In this document: positions 9,619 to 19,367 of the stretch, one piece after another | How positions within the stretch are numbered: position 1 is the first letter of the stretch | Layout of the letters: the number at the start of each line of letters is the position of its first letter | Source: Planctomycetota bacterium | GTDB lineage: Bacteria > Planctomycetota > B15-G4 > SIAN01 | Assembly (NCBI GenBank): GCA_031409275.1 | Contig: JANNXA010000052.1 | Span: 1 to 58,807, forward strand | DNA length: 58,807 bases | Direction: 5' to 3' | Notes under the pieces: generated by a model | What the model saw: only the letters and a program-made list of their open reading frames with translations | Told to the model about the DNA's origin: nothing | Database searches by the model: none | Made by a program: the position numbers and the translations under genes

Positions 9619-10287
9619 ATGACGTCGACCTCCGAACGCTCGATCCGTCGCGCGCGCCGCCATGGCGGATTCACGCTGGTCGAGTTGCTCGCCGCGATGG
9701 CGATCCTGAGTCTGCTGGTCGGCCTGTCGCTGACGCTGGTGTCGAAGGCGAGGGCGACTGCGAACGAGAACGCCTGCCAGCAGCAGCTGCGCGACATCGC
9801 GGGCGTCCTCCAGGGGTACGTCGACAATCGTTGCGCCGGCAAGTGGCCCAAGGAGCGCGGCGTCAAGTTCCTGCTCACCCCGGTGAAGGCGGGCTACATC
9901 GAGGGCGAGGCGCTCAAGAAGTACGTCTGCCCAGGCACCGATGACGAGACCTTCGACCCGGCCGATCCGACCAAGAAGATCGGCTCCGGCCTCACCGATT
10001 GGGACAACCTGAATCTCGACTGCATCTCCTACGCCGGCCGTGACAACATCAGCTTCCCGCTGAACAAGGCGAAACTCGACAATGAGGTGATCGCGTCCGA
10101 CGACAACTGGGCGACCACGGGCGGTCGGCCCAACCACGGCGACATCGTCAACATCGTCTACGCCGACATGCACATCAGCGTGAAGAAGAACGCCGACTAC
10201 AAGGATCTGCTGCCCGAGGGACAGGAGTGGCTTCCGGTCGGCCCCGATTCGCCCGACGAGGACCTGAAGAAGCTCGCGTTCGACTGA
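9619..10287 (+). CDS. Prepilin-type N-terminal cleavage/methylation protein (type IV pilin-like) with an H-X9-D motif near the C-terminus
   Basis: Basic leader then GFTLVELL and a hydrophobic helix; C-terminal NHGDIVNIVYADMH; GAGGAG upstream of ATG 9619. Confidence 0.85.
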   Translation: MTSTSERSIRRARRHGGFTLVELLAAMAILSLLVGLSLTLVSKARATANENACQQQLRDIAGVLQGYVDNRCAGKWPKERGVKFLLTPVKAGYIEGEALKKYVCPGTDDETFDPADPTKKIGSGLTDWDNLNLDCISYAGRDNISFPLNKAKLDNEVIASDDNWATTGGRPNHGDIVNIVYADMHISVKKNADYKDLLPEGQEWLPVGPDSPDEDLKKLAFD

Positions 10288-10323
10288 CCGCGCTCGATGG
10301 CGGCGGGCGCCCGCCCGCTCGCC

Positions 10324-10352
10324 TTGACACCGACGACCGTTGCCGGCGTAAT
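10324..10352 (+). promoter_or_regulatory. Possible sigma70-type promoter
   Basis: Perfect TTGACA at 10324-10329, 17-nt spacer, weak -10 CGTAAT, upstream of the ORF at 10419. Confidence 0.4.
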
Positions 10353-10418
10353 CCGGCGCCTCCGGATGGTCACCTCTGGCCCCGGACATCTGCGAAAGCC
10401 CTGAAGGAACGAGAGCCC

Positions 10419-11000
10419 ATGCGATTCGCCCTGGTCTTCGCTTTCCTCGCGTTCATGACGGCGCCGTTGCGCGCCGAGGTCCGTTGGCAGCTCGACTGCA
10501 AGCCGGCGCAGATCGGCAGCGTGACGCTGCGCGGCGCCGAAGGAGCCGGCAACTACGGCTTCATGACCTTCACGCTCGAGAATCACACGGGACGCGAAGT
10601 TCCGGTGAGCCTGGGCGTCTGGGCCAACACCGACGTCGCGGGGCGCACCTATCGCGGGACGCTCGACCCGGCCGTCAAGGCGATGGTCGAGCGCAACAGC
10701 GGCAAGAGCTACAAGACGCTCACCGAGATTCGCGGCGAGATGCTCGCGGATGGCGCGTCGATCGACGTGCTGGTCAGCTTCGGCAAGCTCGATCCGAACG
10801 TCGACCTGCTCGACATCCACGTGCTCGGCTTGTGCGACCGCGTCTTCCGCGACAAGGGGCGCACCTACGTCGAGGACCGCGCGCTGGTCCTCGAGGCGGC
10901 GCGGCCGGGCGACGAGTACGCCCGCCAGTACGACCTGATCCGCCTGAAGAAGGCGAAGTGGGTCGCGCTCGAGCCGGCGAAGGAACTGAAGCGCAGCTGA
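10419..11000 (+). CDS. Secreted hypothetical protein (beta-rich, C-terminal RPGDE motif)
   Basis: Signal peptide MRFALVFAFLAFMTAPLRA; strong GC3 coding bias. Confidence 0.75.
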   Translation: MRFALVFAFLAFMTAPLRAEVRWQLDCKPAQIGSVTLRGAEGAGNYGFMTFTLENHTGREVPVSLGVWANTDVAGRTYRGTLDPAVKAMVERNSGKSYKTLTEIRGEMLADGASIDVLVSFGKLDPNVDLLDIHVLGLCDRVFRDKGRTYVEDRALVLEAARPGDEYARQYDLIRLKKAKWVALEPAKELKRS

Positions 11001-11046
11001 CGCGCGCGGCGACTTGCCCGCGCGGCCGGCCGCTCGATGCCCGTGC

Positions 11047-11085
11047 AGAAGCCGGGGCCCTCGCGGGCTCCGGCTTCTTCCGTTC
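11047..11085 (+). terminator. Stem-loop, probable intrinsic terminator
   Basis: AGAAGCCGGGGCCC-tcgc-GGGCTCCGGCTTCT (14-bp stem with one G-U) followed by a pyrimidine tract. Confidence 0.55.
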
Positions 11086-11215
11086 CCGGCGGCGTTGCGA
11101 GGTGGTCTCGCGCGCCTTACCATCCCCCCGCTCATTTTCGGGATCGGGGCGCATCAGAACCCCGCCAGCACGGCTTTTCACGACACGGTCCTTCCACGAC
11201 AGGGAGCCTCAAGCC

Positions 11216-12295
11216 ATGGGCCACACGGTGACCCTCATCCGCGGCGACGGCATCGGTCCGGAGGTCGCAGCGGCGACCAAGCGCGTCGTCGACGCCACCG
11301 GCGTCAAGATCGACTGGGACATCCAGGACGCCGGCGTCGACGTGCATGCGCGCGAAGGCACGCCGCTGCCGGAACGGGTGAAGGAGTCGATGAAGCGGAC
11401 CAAGGTCTGCTTGAAAGCGCCGATCACGACGCCGGTCGGCACCGGCTTCCGCTCGGTGAACGTCGAGCTGCGCAAGATCTTCGACCTCTACGCCTGCTTG
11501 CGGCCGTGCCGCACCTTCCAGGGCGTGCGCTCGCGCTACGACAAGATCGATCTCGTCATCGTGCGCGAGAACACGGAAGACCTCTACGCCGGCATCGAGT
11601 TCAAGCGCGATACGCCCGAGGCGGCGCGCGTGATCGAGGTGATCAAGGAGCTGCAGCCGGCCGCGCGCATTCGCGAGCATGCGGGCATCTCGATCAAGCC
11701 GATCTCGGTCGAAGGGTCGCGGCGCATCGTCGAGTTCGCCTTCGACTTCGCCGAGAAGAACGGGCGCAAGAAGGTGACGGCCGTCCACAAGGCCAACATC
11801 ATGAAGCACACCGACGGCCTCTTCCTCGAGGTCGCGCGTGAAGTCGCGACGAAGCACCCGAAGATCGAGTTCGAGGACCGCATCGTCGACAACATGTGCA
11901 TGCAGCTCGTGCAGTACCCAGAGAAGTACGACATGTTGGTGCTGCCCAACCTCTACGGCGACATCGTCTCGGACCTCTGCGCCGGCCTGATCGGCGGCCT
12001 CGGCGTCGCACCGGGCGCGAACATCGGCGTCGCGGGCGCGATGTTCGAAGCGGTCCACGGCAGCGCGCCGAAGTACGCCAACCAGAACAAGGTGAACCCG
12101 ACCGCGCTGATCCTGTCGGGCGCGCTGATGCTCGAGTACCTCGGCGAGAAGACGGCGTGCGAGCGCGTGCAGAAGGCGTGCGCCGCCGTCATCGCCGATG
12201 GCACGAACGTGACCTACGACATGCGCAGTCCAGGCGATTCGCGCAAGCCGGTCGGTACCCAGGAGATGGCGGACGCGATCATCGCCCGCCTCTGA
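11216..12295 (+). CDS. icd: Isocitrate dehydrogenase (isocitrate/isopropylmalate dehydrogenase family)
   Basis: GDGIGPEV, RSVNVELRK, VRENTEDLY, VHKANIMK, PNLYGDIVSD and FEAVHGSAPKYA; heads a TCA-cycle cluster. Confidence 0.9.
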   Translation: MGHTVTLIRGDGIGPEVAAATKRVVDATGVKIDWDIQDAGVDVHAREGTPLPERVKESMKRTKVCLKAPITTPVGTGFRSVNVELRKIFDLYACLRPCRTFQGVRSRYDKIDLVIVRENTEDLYAGIEFKRDTPEAARVIEVIKELQPAARIREHAGISIKPISVEGSRRIVEFAFDFAEKNGRKKVTAVHKANIMKHTDGLFLEVAREVATKHPKIEFEDRIVDNMCMQLVQYPEKYDMLVLPNLYGDIVSDLCAGLIGGLGVAPGANIGVAGAMFEAVHGSAPKYANQNKVNPTALILSGALMLEYLGEKTACERVQKACAAVIADGTNVTYDMRSPGDSRKPVGTQEMADAIIARL

Positions 12296-12332
12296 GATCG
12301 CAACGCTTCGATCGAATCACCAGGAGCATTCC

Positions 12333-13271
12333 ATGGCGAAAGTGACCGTCGTCGGCTCGGGCTTCGTGGGCATGACCACCGCCCAGCGCATCGTCGAAGA
12401 CAACCTCGCGGACGTCTGCCTGATCGACATCGTCGAAGGCAAACCGCAGGGAATCGCGCTCGACCTCATGCAGTCGGGCCCGGTGCGCGGCTACTCGAGC
12501 CGCATCGTCGGCACCAATGATCCGAAGGACACCTACGGATCGGACCTCGTGATCGTCACCGCCGGCCTGCCGCGCAAGCCCGGCATGGATCGCAGCGATC
12601 TGCTCGGCGTGAACGGGAAGATCGTGCAGGCGGTCGCGGACTACGTGAAGGCGGGCTCGCCCAACGCGACCGTCCTCGTGGTCACCAACCCGCTCGACAC
12701 GATGGTCTACCTGATGCGCGCGATGCTCGGCTTCAAGTCGGAGCGCGTGATCGGCATGGCCGGCGTGCTCGACTCGGCGCGCTTCCGAGCCTTCATCGCG
12801 ATGGAGCTGAACGTCAGCTTCGAGTGCGTCCACGCCATGGTGCTCGGCGGCCACGGCGACTCGATGGTGCCGGTGCCCAAGTACAGCACCGTCTCCGGCA
12901 TCTCGATCGAGGAGTTGATGACGCCCGAGCAGATCAAGCGGATCTCCGATCGCACGCGCAACGGCGGCGCCGAGATCGTCAACCTGCTGAAGACCGGTTC
13001 CGCCTACTACGCGCCCGCCGCGAGCGTGGTCGAGATGGCCCACTCGGTCTTGCGCGATCAGAAGCGGCTGCTGCCGTGCGCCGCGCTTCTGACCGGCCAG
13101 TACGGGCTGAACGACATCTACATGGGCGTGCCGTGCGTGCTCGGCAAGGGCGGCGTCGAGCGCATCATCGAGCTCAAGCTGAACGACGCCGATCGCGCCT
13201 CGCTGCAGAAGTCGGCGGATGCGATCCGCAAGGACCTCGACGTGCTCCGCAAGCAGGGGCTGCTCAAGTAG
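12333..13271 (+). CDS. mdh: Malate dehydrogenase (LDH-like MDH)
   Basis: GSGFVG, TAGLPRKPGMDRSDL, VTNPLD, GVLDSAR, LGGHGD and GSAYYAPA. Confidence 0.95.
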   Translation: MAKVTVVGSGFVGMTTAQRIVEDNLADVCLIDIVEGKPQGIALDLMQSGPVRGYSSRIVGTNDPKDTYGSDLVIVTAGLPRKPGMDRSDLLGVNGKIVQAVADYVKAGSPNATVLVVTNPLDTMVYLMRAMLGFKSERVIGMAGVLDSARFRAFIAMELNVSFECVHAMVLGGHGDSMVPVPKYSTVSGISIEELMTPEQIKRISDRTRNGGAEIVNLLKTGSAYYAPAASVVEMAHSVLRDQKRLLPCAALLTGQYGLNDIYMGVPCVLGKGGVERIIELKLNDADRASLQKSADAIRKDLDVLRKQGLLK

Positions 13272-13344
13272 CCCGACGCGAGCTTCGCGCCGTGCTCGTC
13301 CCGTTCTCGACCCGCTCTCGCTCTCCTTCAGAAGGATCGAAACC

Positions 13345-14517
13345 TTGAAGATCCACGAGTTCCAGGCCAAGGAGCTGCTCGCCAAGTTCGGCGTGCCGGT
13401 GCTCCGCGGCCAGCTCGCGCTCGACGCCGACGCGACCGCGAAGGCGTACACGACGCTCGGCGCGAAGGTCGCCGTGGTGAAGGCGCAGGTGCATGCCGGT
13501 GGCCGCGGCAAGGCGGGCGGCGTCAAGCTCGTCAAATCGGCGGACGAGGCGCGCAAGGCCGCGGCCGGCATGTTCGCCAAGCCGCTGGTCACTCATCAGA
13601 CCGGGCCCGAGGGCGCCAAGGTGCGCAAGGTCTGGGTCGAGGAGGGCTGCGAGATCGCTCGCGAGCTCTACGTCGGCGTGGTGCTCGATCGCGCCGCGCG
13701 CCGGCCGGTGCTGATGGTCAGCTCGGAAGGCGGCGTCGAGATCGAAGAGGTCGCCGCGCGCAATCCCGAGAAGATCCTGCGCGAGTGGTTCGATCCGCTG
13801 CAGGGGCTCGCTGGCTACCAGGCGCGTCGCATCGCGCTCAAGGTCGGCCTCGCGGGCGATGCGTTCAAGGCAGCGGTGCCGCTGCTGCAGGCGCTCTGCA
13901 AGTGCTTCCTCGACAAGGACTGCTCGATGGTCGAGGTCAACCCGCTGGTGGTGACCCGGCAGGGCGGTCTGATCGCGCTCGACGCGAAGGTCGCCTTCGA
14001 CAGCAACGGCCTGTTCCGCCACAAGGACGTGCAGGTCTATCGCGACAAGGACGAGGAGGACGCCCGCGAGTCGGCGGCCTCCGAGTACGGCCTGTCGTGG
14101 GTGTCGCTCGATGGCAACGTCGGCTGCATGGTGAACGGCGCCGGATTGGCGATGGCGACCATGGACGCCATCAAGCTCGCCGGCGGCTTCCCCGCCAACT
14201 TCCTCGATGTCGGCGGCGGCGCGACCAAGGACCAGGTCTGCGCGGCCTTCAAGCTGATCCTGAAGGACCCGAAGGTGAAGGCCGTGCTGGTCAACATCTT
14301 CGGCGGCATCGCCAAGTGCGACGTGATCGCTGCCGGCATCCTCGCGGCCGCGAAAGAGATCCACCTCACGGTCCCGCTGATCGTGCGACTGGAAGGGACC
14401 AACGTCGAGATCGGCCGCAAGATGCTCGACGAGAGCGGGATGAAGATCGTGACCGCGACGACCATCGACACGGCGGCGAAGGCCGTCGTCAAGGCCGCGC
14501 AGGGAGGCAAGGCATGA
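13345..14517 (+). CDS. sucC: Succinyl-CoA ligase beta subunit
   Basis: TTG start reading (M)[37 protein letters not shown] and ANFLDVGGG. Confidence 0.96.
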   Translation: MKIHEFQAKELLAKFGVPVLRGQLALDADATAKAYTTLGAKVAVVKAQVHAGGRGKAGGVKLVKSADEARKAAAGMFAKPLVTHQTGPEGAKVRKVWVEEGCEIARELYVGVVLDRAARRPVLMVSSEGGVEIEEVAARNPEKILREWFDPLQGLAGYQARRIALKVGLAGDAFKAAVPLLQALCKCFLDKDCSMVEVNPLVVTRQGGLIALDAKVAFDSNGLFRHKDVQVYRDKDEEDARESAASEYGLSWVSLDGNVGCMVNGAGLAMATMDAIKLAGGFPANFLDVGGGATKDQVCAAFKLILKDPKVKAVLVNIFGGIAKCDVIAAGILAAAKEIHLTVPLIVRLEGTNVEIGRKMLDESGMKIVTATTIDTAAKAVVKAAQGGKA

Positions 14518-15425
14518 GCATCCTCGTCGGCAAGTCGACGCGCGTCCTTTGTCAGGGAATCACCGGCGAGGCCGGGAAGTTCCACACGCTGAAGGCGATC
14601 GAGTACGGCACGCAGATGGTCGGCGGCGTGACGCCGGGCAAGGGCGGGACCTCGATCGAGCTCGGCGAAAGCAGCCTGCCGGTCTTCGATTCGGTGGCGC
14701 AGGCGGTCGAGAAGACCGGCGCGAACGCCACCGTCATCTACGTCCCGGCCGCCTTCGCGGCGGATGCGATCCTCGAGGCGATCGATGCCAAGGTCCCGCT
14801 GGTGATCTGCATCACCGAAGGGATCCCGGTGAACGACATGGCGAAGGTGCATCGCGTGCTCGCCGGCAGCGCCACCCGACTCATCGGCCCCAACTGCCCC
14901 GGCGTCATCACGCCGGGCGCGTTCGAGGCGGGCCAGCACAAGACCGGCTGCAAGATCGGGATCATGCCGGGCTACATCCATCGGCCGGGCACGATCGGCG
15001 TGGTGTCGCGCAGCGGCACGCTCACCTACGAGGCCGTCTGGCAGCTCACGCAACTCGGGCTCGGGCAGTCGACCTGCGTCGGGATCGGCGGCGATCCGCT
15101 GCCGGGCACCAACTTCGTCGTCGTGCTGAAGCTGTTCCAGGACGACCCCGCGACCGGGGGGTTCGTGATGATCGGCGAGATCGGCGGCACGGCCGAGGAA
15201 GACGCGGCGAGCTTCATCGCGGCCCATGTCACCAAACCGGTGGTGGGCTTCATCGCGGGCCAGTCGGCTCCCGAGGGCAAGCGCATGGGCCACGCCGGCG
15301 CGATCATCGCCGGCGGCAAGGGGACCGCCGCCGAGAAGATGAAGGCATTGAAGAAGGCCGGCGTACGCCTCGTCCAGAACCCGGCCAAGCTCGGTCTCAC
15401 GATGAAGGAGCTGCTCGGAGCGTAG
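14514..15425 (+). CDS. sucD: Succinyl-CoA ligase alpha subunit
   Basis: ATGA overlap with suc[22 protein letters not shown] and phospho-His motif RMGHAGA. Confidence 0.96.
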   Translation: MSILVGKSTRVLCQGITGEAGKFHTLKAIEYGTQMVGGVTPGKGGTSIELGESSLPVFDSVAQAVEKTGANATVIYVPAAFAADAILEAIDAKVPLVICITEGIPVNDMAKVHRVLAGSATRLIGPNCPGVITPGAFEAGQHKTGCKIGIMPGYIHRPGTIGVVSRSGTLTYEAVWQLTQLGLGQSTCVGIGGDPLPGTNFVVVLKLFQDDPATGGFVMIGEIGGTAEEDAASFIAAHVTKPVVGFIAGQSAPEGKRMGHAGAIIAGGKGTAAEKMKALKKAGVRLVQNPAKLGLTMKELLGA

Positions 15426-15566
15426 GCGCGGCCGCGGGGCGCGTTCCAGCGGGCGTTGAGGGAGAGCCCACCCTCGCGCCGGGAGCGGCGCGCCGTATCA
15501 TCCGCCACCAGTCCCTGCGCCCCGCCACCGCCTGCCGCGGGTGGCCGCTCCGCCAGCGAGGTGAAC

Positions 15567-15764
15567 GTGCGACTGCTCTTCCTTCCGAACCTCGGCTTCA
15601 AAGAACTGCTGATCATCGCGTTCATCGCCCTGCTCTTCTTCGGCACGCGCCTCCCGACGATGATGCGCAACCTCGGCAAGGGCGTGACCAGCTTCAAGAA
15701 GGGGCTGAAGGAAGGGGCGGACGAGGAAGACGACGCTGACGCGGCCGGCGGCAAGAAGAGCTGA
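15567..15764 (+). CDS. tatA: Twin-arginine translocase TatA/TatE family subunit
   Basis: ELLII...LLFFG transmembrane helix then RLP...LGKGVTSFKKGL amphipathic helix and an acidic tail. Confidence 0.88.
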   Translation: MRLLFLPNLGFKELLIIAFIALLFFGTRLPTMMRNLGKGVTSFKKGLKEGADEEDDADAAGGKKS

Positions 15765-15765
15765 C

Positions 15766-16353
15766 GTGCCCCTGGTGCGCGATCTCCTCGTCGTCCTGGC
15801 CGGCGGCCGTTCGAGCCGCTTCGGCCGTGACAAGGCGTGCGAGCCGTTCGGCTCGCGCCGTGAGCCGCTGGCGCTGAGAGTGCTGCGTCGACTCGCCCCG
15901 CTGGCCGCCACGCGCGTGCTGGTTCGAGCGGCACCCCTCGCGGACCTGCCGACCGACGTGGTCGCGTTCGCCGATCCGCTGCCGGGCAGCGGGCCGGCGC
16001 AGGCGCTCGTCGCCGCGTTCGCCGCCCATCCGGCCGCGCGCTGGTTCGTGGCGCCGTGCGATCTGCCGTGGCTCGACGTCGCCGCCTACCGCTTGCTGCA
16101 GTCGGCGATGGGGTCCGCACCGGTCGCGGTCGCGCGCAGCGAGCGCGGCGTCGAACCGCTCGTTTCGATGTGGACGCCTCGCGCCGCCGCGGCGCTCGCG
16201 GACCGGCTCCATGCGCGGCCCGGACTGGCGCTGCACGAGTTTCTCGATGAGATCGGCGCGGCGTTCGTGGACGGCTTGCGACCGTCCTGCTTCGTCAACG
16301 TGAACACGCCCGCTGACTTCGCGGTCGCTTGCGGCGCAGTGGAGGAGGAGTGA
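15766..16353 (+). CDS. mobA: Molybdenum cofactor guanylyltransferase
   Basis: VLAGGRSSRFGRDKA, PCDLP, EPL and FVNVNTPAD. Confidence 0.85.
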   Translation: MPLVRDLLVVLAGGRSSRFGRDKACEPFGSRREPLALRVLRRLAPLAATRVLVRAAPLADLPTDVVAFADPLPGSGPAQALVAAFAAHPAARWFVAPCDLPWLDVAAYRLLQSAMGSAPVAVARSERGVEPLVSMWTPRAAAALADRLHARPGLALHEFLDEIGAAFVDGLRPSCFVNVNTPADFAVACGAVEEE

Positions 16354-17360
16354 TGAGCGCCTCGGCCCGTTCTGCCGCGTCCGCGCGGCTCGATCCCAAG
16401 GCGCTGCTCGCGCCGCTGCAGCAGGATCTGATGCGGGTCGACGCCGCGTACCACCGCGCGCTGGCATCGGAGTCGCCGCACGTCCAGAAGCTGGTCGAGC
16501 ACGCCGCGCTGTTCCGCGGCAAGCAGCTGCGGCCGGCGCTGGTGCTGCTGGCCGGCCGCGCCAGCGGAACCGAGACGGACGCCCACGTCGTCGTCGGCGC
16601 GATCGTCGAGATGATCCATACGGCGACGCTGCTCCACGACGATGTGCTCGACCACGCGACGACGCGGCGCAACCTGCCGAGCGTCAACGCGCTGCACGGC
16701 AACGAAGTGCCGATCCTGCTCGGCGACTTCATCTACGCCCAGGCCTTCGCGCTGGCCAATACGCTCGACGATCGCACGGCCGCCATCCATCTGGCGAAGA
16801 CGACGCGGCGGCTCTGCACCGGCGAGATCGACCAGAACTGCAACCGCGGCCGCTTCGACCTCACCATCGCCGAGTACCTGCGCATCATCGAGGACAAGAC
16901 GGCGTCGCTCTACGCGGCAAGCGCGCGACTCGGCGCCTGGTACGCGGGCGCATCGCCCGAGCACGTCACGGCGCTCGAGGAGTACGGCCGGCTGCTCGGC
17001 ATCGCCTTCCAGATCATCGATGATTGCCTCGACCTCGCGGGCGACGAGCGCAGCGTCGGCAAGTCGCTCGGGACCGACCTTTCCGAGCGCAAGATGACGT
17101 TGCCGCTGCTGCGCCTGCTCGAGCGAGTTCCCGCAGCGACCGCGGTCGAGGTGCGGCGGATGCTCGGCGACGGCGCGATCGGCGACCCGCGCGCCGCACT
17201 GCGCGCCATCGTCGATTTCGCGCCGGACGTGGAGAGCGCGCAGGCCACGGCCGAGCAGTTCGTCCGCGACGCTCGCGCCAAGGTGCAACCGCTGCCGCAG
17301 AGCGCGGCGCGCCAGACGTTGCTCGACCTCGCGGACTTTGTGCTCGAGCGCGATCGCTGA
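16353..17360 (+). CDS. Long-chain trans-polyprenyl diphosphate synthase (IspB/HepT-like)
   Basis: GKQLRP, first Asp-rich motif HTATLLHDDVLD..RR, KTASL and second Asp-rich motif FQIIDDCLD. Confidence 0.92.
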   Translation: MSASARSAASARLDPKALLAPLQQDLMRVDAAYHRALASESPHVQKLVEHAALFRGKQLRPALVLLAGRASGTETDAHVVVGAIVEMIHTATLLHDDVLDHATTRRNLPSVNALHGNEVPILLGDFIYAQAFALANTLDDRTAAIHLAKTTRRLCTGEIDQNCNRGRFDLTIAEYLRIIEDKTASLYAASARLGAWYAGASPEHVTALEEYGRLLGIAFQIIDDCLDLAGDERSVGKSLGTDLSERKMTLPLLRLLERVPAATAVEVRRMLGDGAIGDPRAALRAIVDFAPDVESAQATAEQFVRDARAKVQPLPQSAARQTLLDLADFVLERDR

Positions 17361-17372
17361 GGCTTCGCCCGC

Positions 17373-18290
17373 TCACCCCAGCGCGGGGTCGATCGGCAGC
17401 CCTTGCTGCAGTCGCGCGGCCAGCACGCAGTTGTGGACCAGCATCGCCACCGTGACCGGGCCGACGCCGCCCGGCACCGGCGTGATCCAGTTTGCGACCG
17501 CGGCCACCGAGTCGAAGTCGGCATCGCCGCAGAGGCGTTGCAGCGGCAGACCGTCCTGCCCCAAGAGCGGCTGTCCGTCCGCGCCCAGTTGCGGCACCTG
17601 ACGGATGCCGATGTCGATCACGATGCAGCCCGGTTTCACCATCGAGCCGGTGAGCAGGCCCGGCTTGCCGACCGCGCTGAAGATCACATCGGCGTGGCGC
17701 GTCTTGACCGCGAGGTCTTGCGTGGCGACGTGGCAGACCGTGCAGGTCGCGAACTCGTTCAGCATCATGAACGCGATCGGCTTGCCGACCACTTCGCTGT
17801 GGCCGATCATCACGACGTCCGCGCCGCGCAGCGAGAAACCGGTCGACTTGAGGCAGCGCACCGCGGCCAGCGCGGTGCACGGCACGAGCTTGGGCACGCC
17901 GTAGACGATCGAGCCGATGTTGGCCGGGTTCAGCCCCTCGACGTCCTTGTCGGGGTGGATCTTCGCCTGCACGCGCATCTGGCGCAGGTGGGGCGGGAGT
18001 GGACGCTGCAGCAGGATGCCGGTGACGCTCTCATCGCCGTTCAACTGGTGCAGGTGGTCGACGAGTTCGTTCTCGGTGGTGGCGGCCGGGAGGTGGTCGA
18101 GATCGAAGCGGATCTCCATCCGCTCGCAGGCGCGCCGCTGGTTGCGGATGTAGACCGCGGACGCGACGTCATCGCCGACGTAGACCGAGACCAGCCGCAG
18201 CTCGTGCCGATGCAGCGCCGTGCGCTGGAGGCGGACTCGTTCGAGGATGCCGGCGGCTAGCGCCTTGCCGTCGATCAATCGTGCGCCCAT
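17373..18290 (-). CDS. folD: Methylenetetrahydrofolate dehydrogenase/cyclohydrolase family protein
   Basis: LIDGK, GILLQRPLP, KDVEG, PCTA, VVGKP and ITPVPGGVGPVT. Confidence 0.93.
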   Translation of the reverse strand: MGARLIDGKALAAGILERVRLQRTALHRHELRLVSVYVGDDVASAVYIRNQRRACERMEIRFDLDHLPAATTENELVDHLHQLNGDESVTGILLQRPLPPHLRQMRVQAKIHPDKDVEGLNPANIGSIVYGVPKLVPCTALAAVRCLKSTGFSLRGADVVMIGHSEVVGKPIAFMMLNEFATCTVCHVATQDLAVKTRHADVIFSAVGKPGLLTGSMVKPGCIVIDIGIRQVPQLGADGQPLLGQDGLPLQRLCGDADFDSVAAVANWITPVPGGVGPVTVAMLVHNCVLAARLQQGLPIDPALG

Positions 18291-18378
18291 CGTCGCTCCC
18301 TGCCGCCGGGTCGTTCGCGGTCGGCCTAACATACCGGCCTGCCGCTAGCCGAAAGCGCCTGCAGACGAGGAGAGGTCG

Positions 18379-19239
18379 ATGGCGTACCGCCGCGAGTGGG
18401 ACGAAGACGATGGGGCGCCGAACGGGCCGAGCGGGCCGGGATGGCGCGCGACGCTCGCGGCCGCCCCCATCTCGAGCGCGTTGCTGCTCGGCGCCGTGGC
18501 GGTGACGCTCGTCAGCATGTTGACGGCGGCAAGCGGCGCGAGCGGCCGCGACTGGCCGGCCTGGTGGCTTGGCCTGCGGCTCGGGAATGCGCCGTTCGTC
18601 ATTCCCTTCTTCACCTACGTGCTGCCGCACGATCCGCGCGAGCTGATGCACCTCGTGCTCAACATGCTGGTGCTCTGGTTCCTCGGCCGCGAGCTCGAGC
18701 AGCGCCTCGGCCGTGGCCCCTACCTCACCCTCTTCTTCGGCGCCGCATTGGTCGGCGCCCTTGCGCACCTCATCGTGTCCGCGCAGCTCGGCAGCAGCGG
18801 ACCGCTGATCGGCGCCTCGGGAGGGCTCTTCGGGCTGATCTTCTTCATCGCGCGCGAGACACCGGATCGGCCGTTCCTCTTCTATTTCTTCCGCGTGCCG
18901 GCGAAGGTGCTGGCGTGGTTGCTCGTCGCCTTCTCGCTCCACCCGCTGCTGCTCGAGGGGTTCGGCGGCGGCGTCGCGCATCTCTGTCACCTCGGCGGCG
19001 CGGCGTTCGGTTTCTTCTGGTGCCGCCACCGCGTCGATGCGTTGTCGTGGTGGGGCGCGTTGCGCGAGCAGCGGGCGAGCAGTCGCGCTGAGGCGACCGC
19101 TCGAACCGAGGCGGCCGGCGACGCCGAGATGGACCGGTTGCTGGCCAAGATCCACGCCGACGGGATGCAGAGCCTGACCGAGCGCGAACGACGCTTCCTG
19201 CGGGCGCGCAGCGAGTCGCTCAAGGGTGGACCGCGCTGA
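18379..19239 (+). CDS. Rhomboid-family intramembrane serine protease with a C-terminal helical domain (DUF6576-like)
   Basis: HLVLNM, GASG (catalytic Ser) and AHLCHLGG (catalytic His); tail MDRLLAKIHADGMQSLTERERRFL. Confidence 0.9.
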   Translation: MAYRREWDEDDGAPNGPSGPGWRATLAAAPISSALLLGAVAVTLVSMLTAASGASGRDWPAWWLGLRLGNAPFVIPFFTYVLPHDPRELMHLVLNMLVLWFLGRELEQRLGRGPYLTLFFGAALVGALAHLIVSAQLGSSGPLIGASGGLFGLIFFIARETPDRPFLFYFFRVPAKVLAWLLVAFSLHPLLLEGFGGGVAHLCHLGGAAFGFFWCRHRVDALSWWGALREQRASSRAEATARTEAAGDAEMDRLLAKIHADGMQSLTERERRFLRARSESLKGGPR

Positions 19240-19263
19240 GCGCCGGGCGCGGCGTCGCTCGAG

Positions 19264-19292
19264 TTGACACCCTTTTCCGGCGCTCCTAGCTT
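19264..19292 (+). promoter_or_regulatory. Sigma70-type promoter
   Basis: TTGACA-N17-TAGCTT ending about 75 nt upstream of ATG 19368. Confidence 0.65.
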
Positions 19293-19367
19293 CCGAAGCC
19301 GTCGGGACTTACGGCGGCGCCGTTCGTGGCGCGCCGCCGCTCCTTCCCGCGCCCGGAGACCGCGCCC

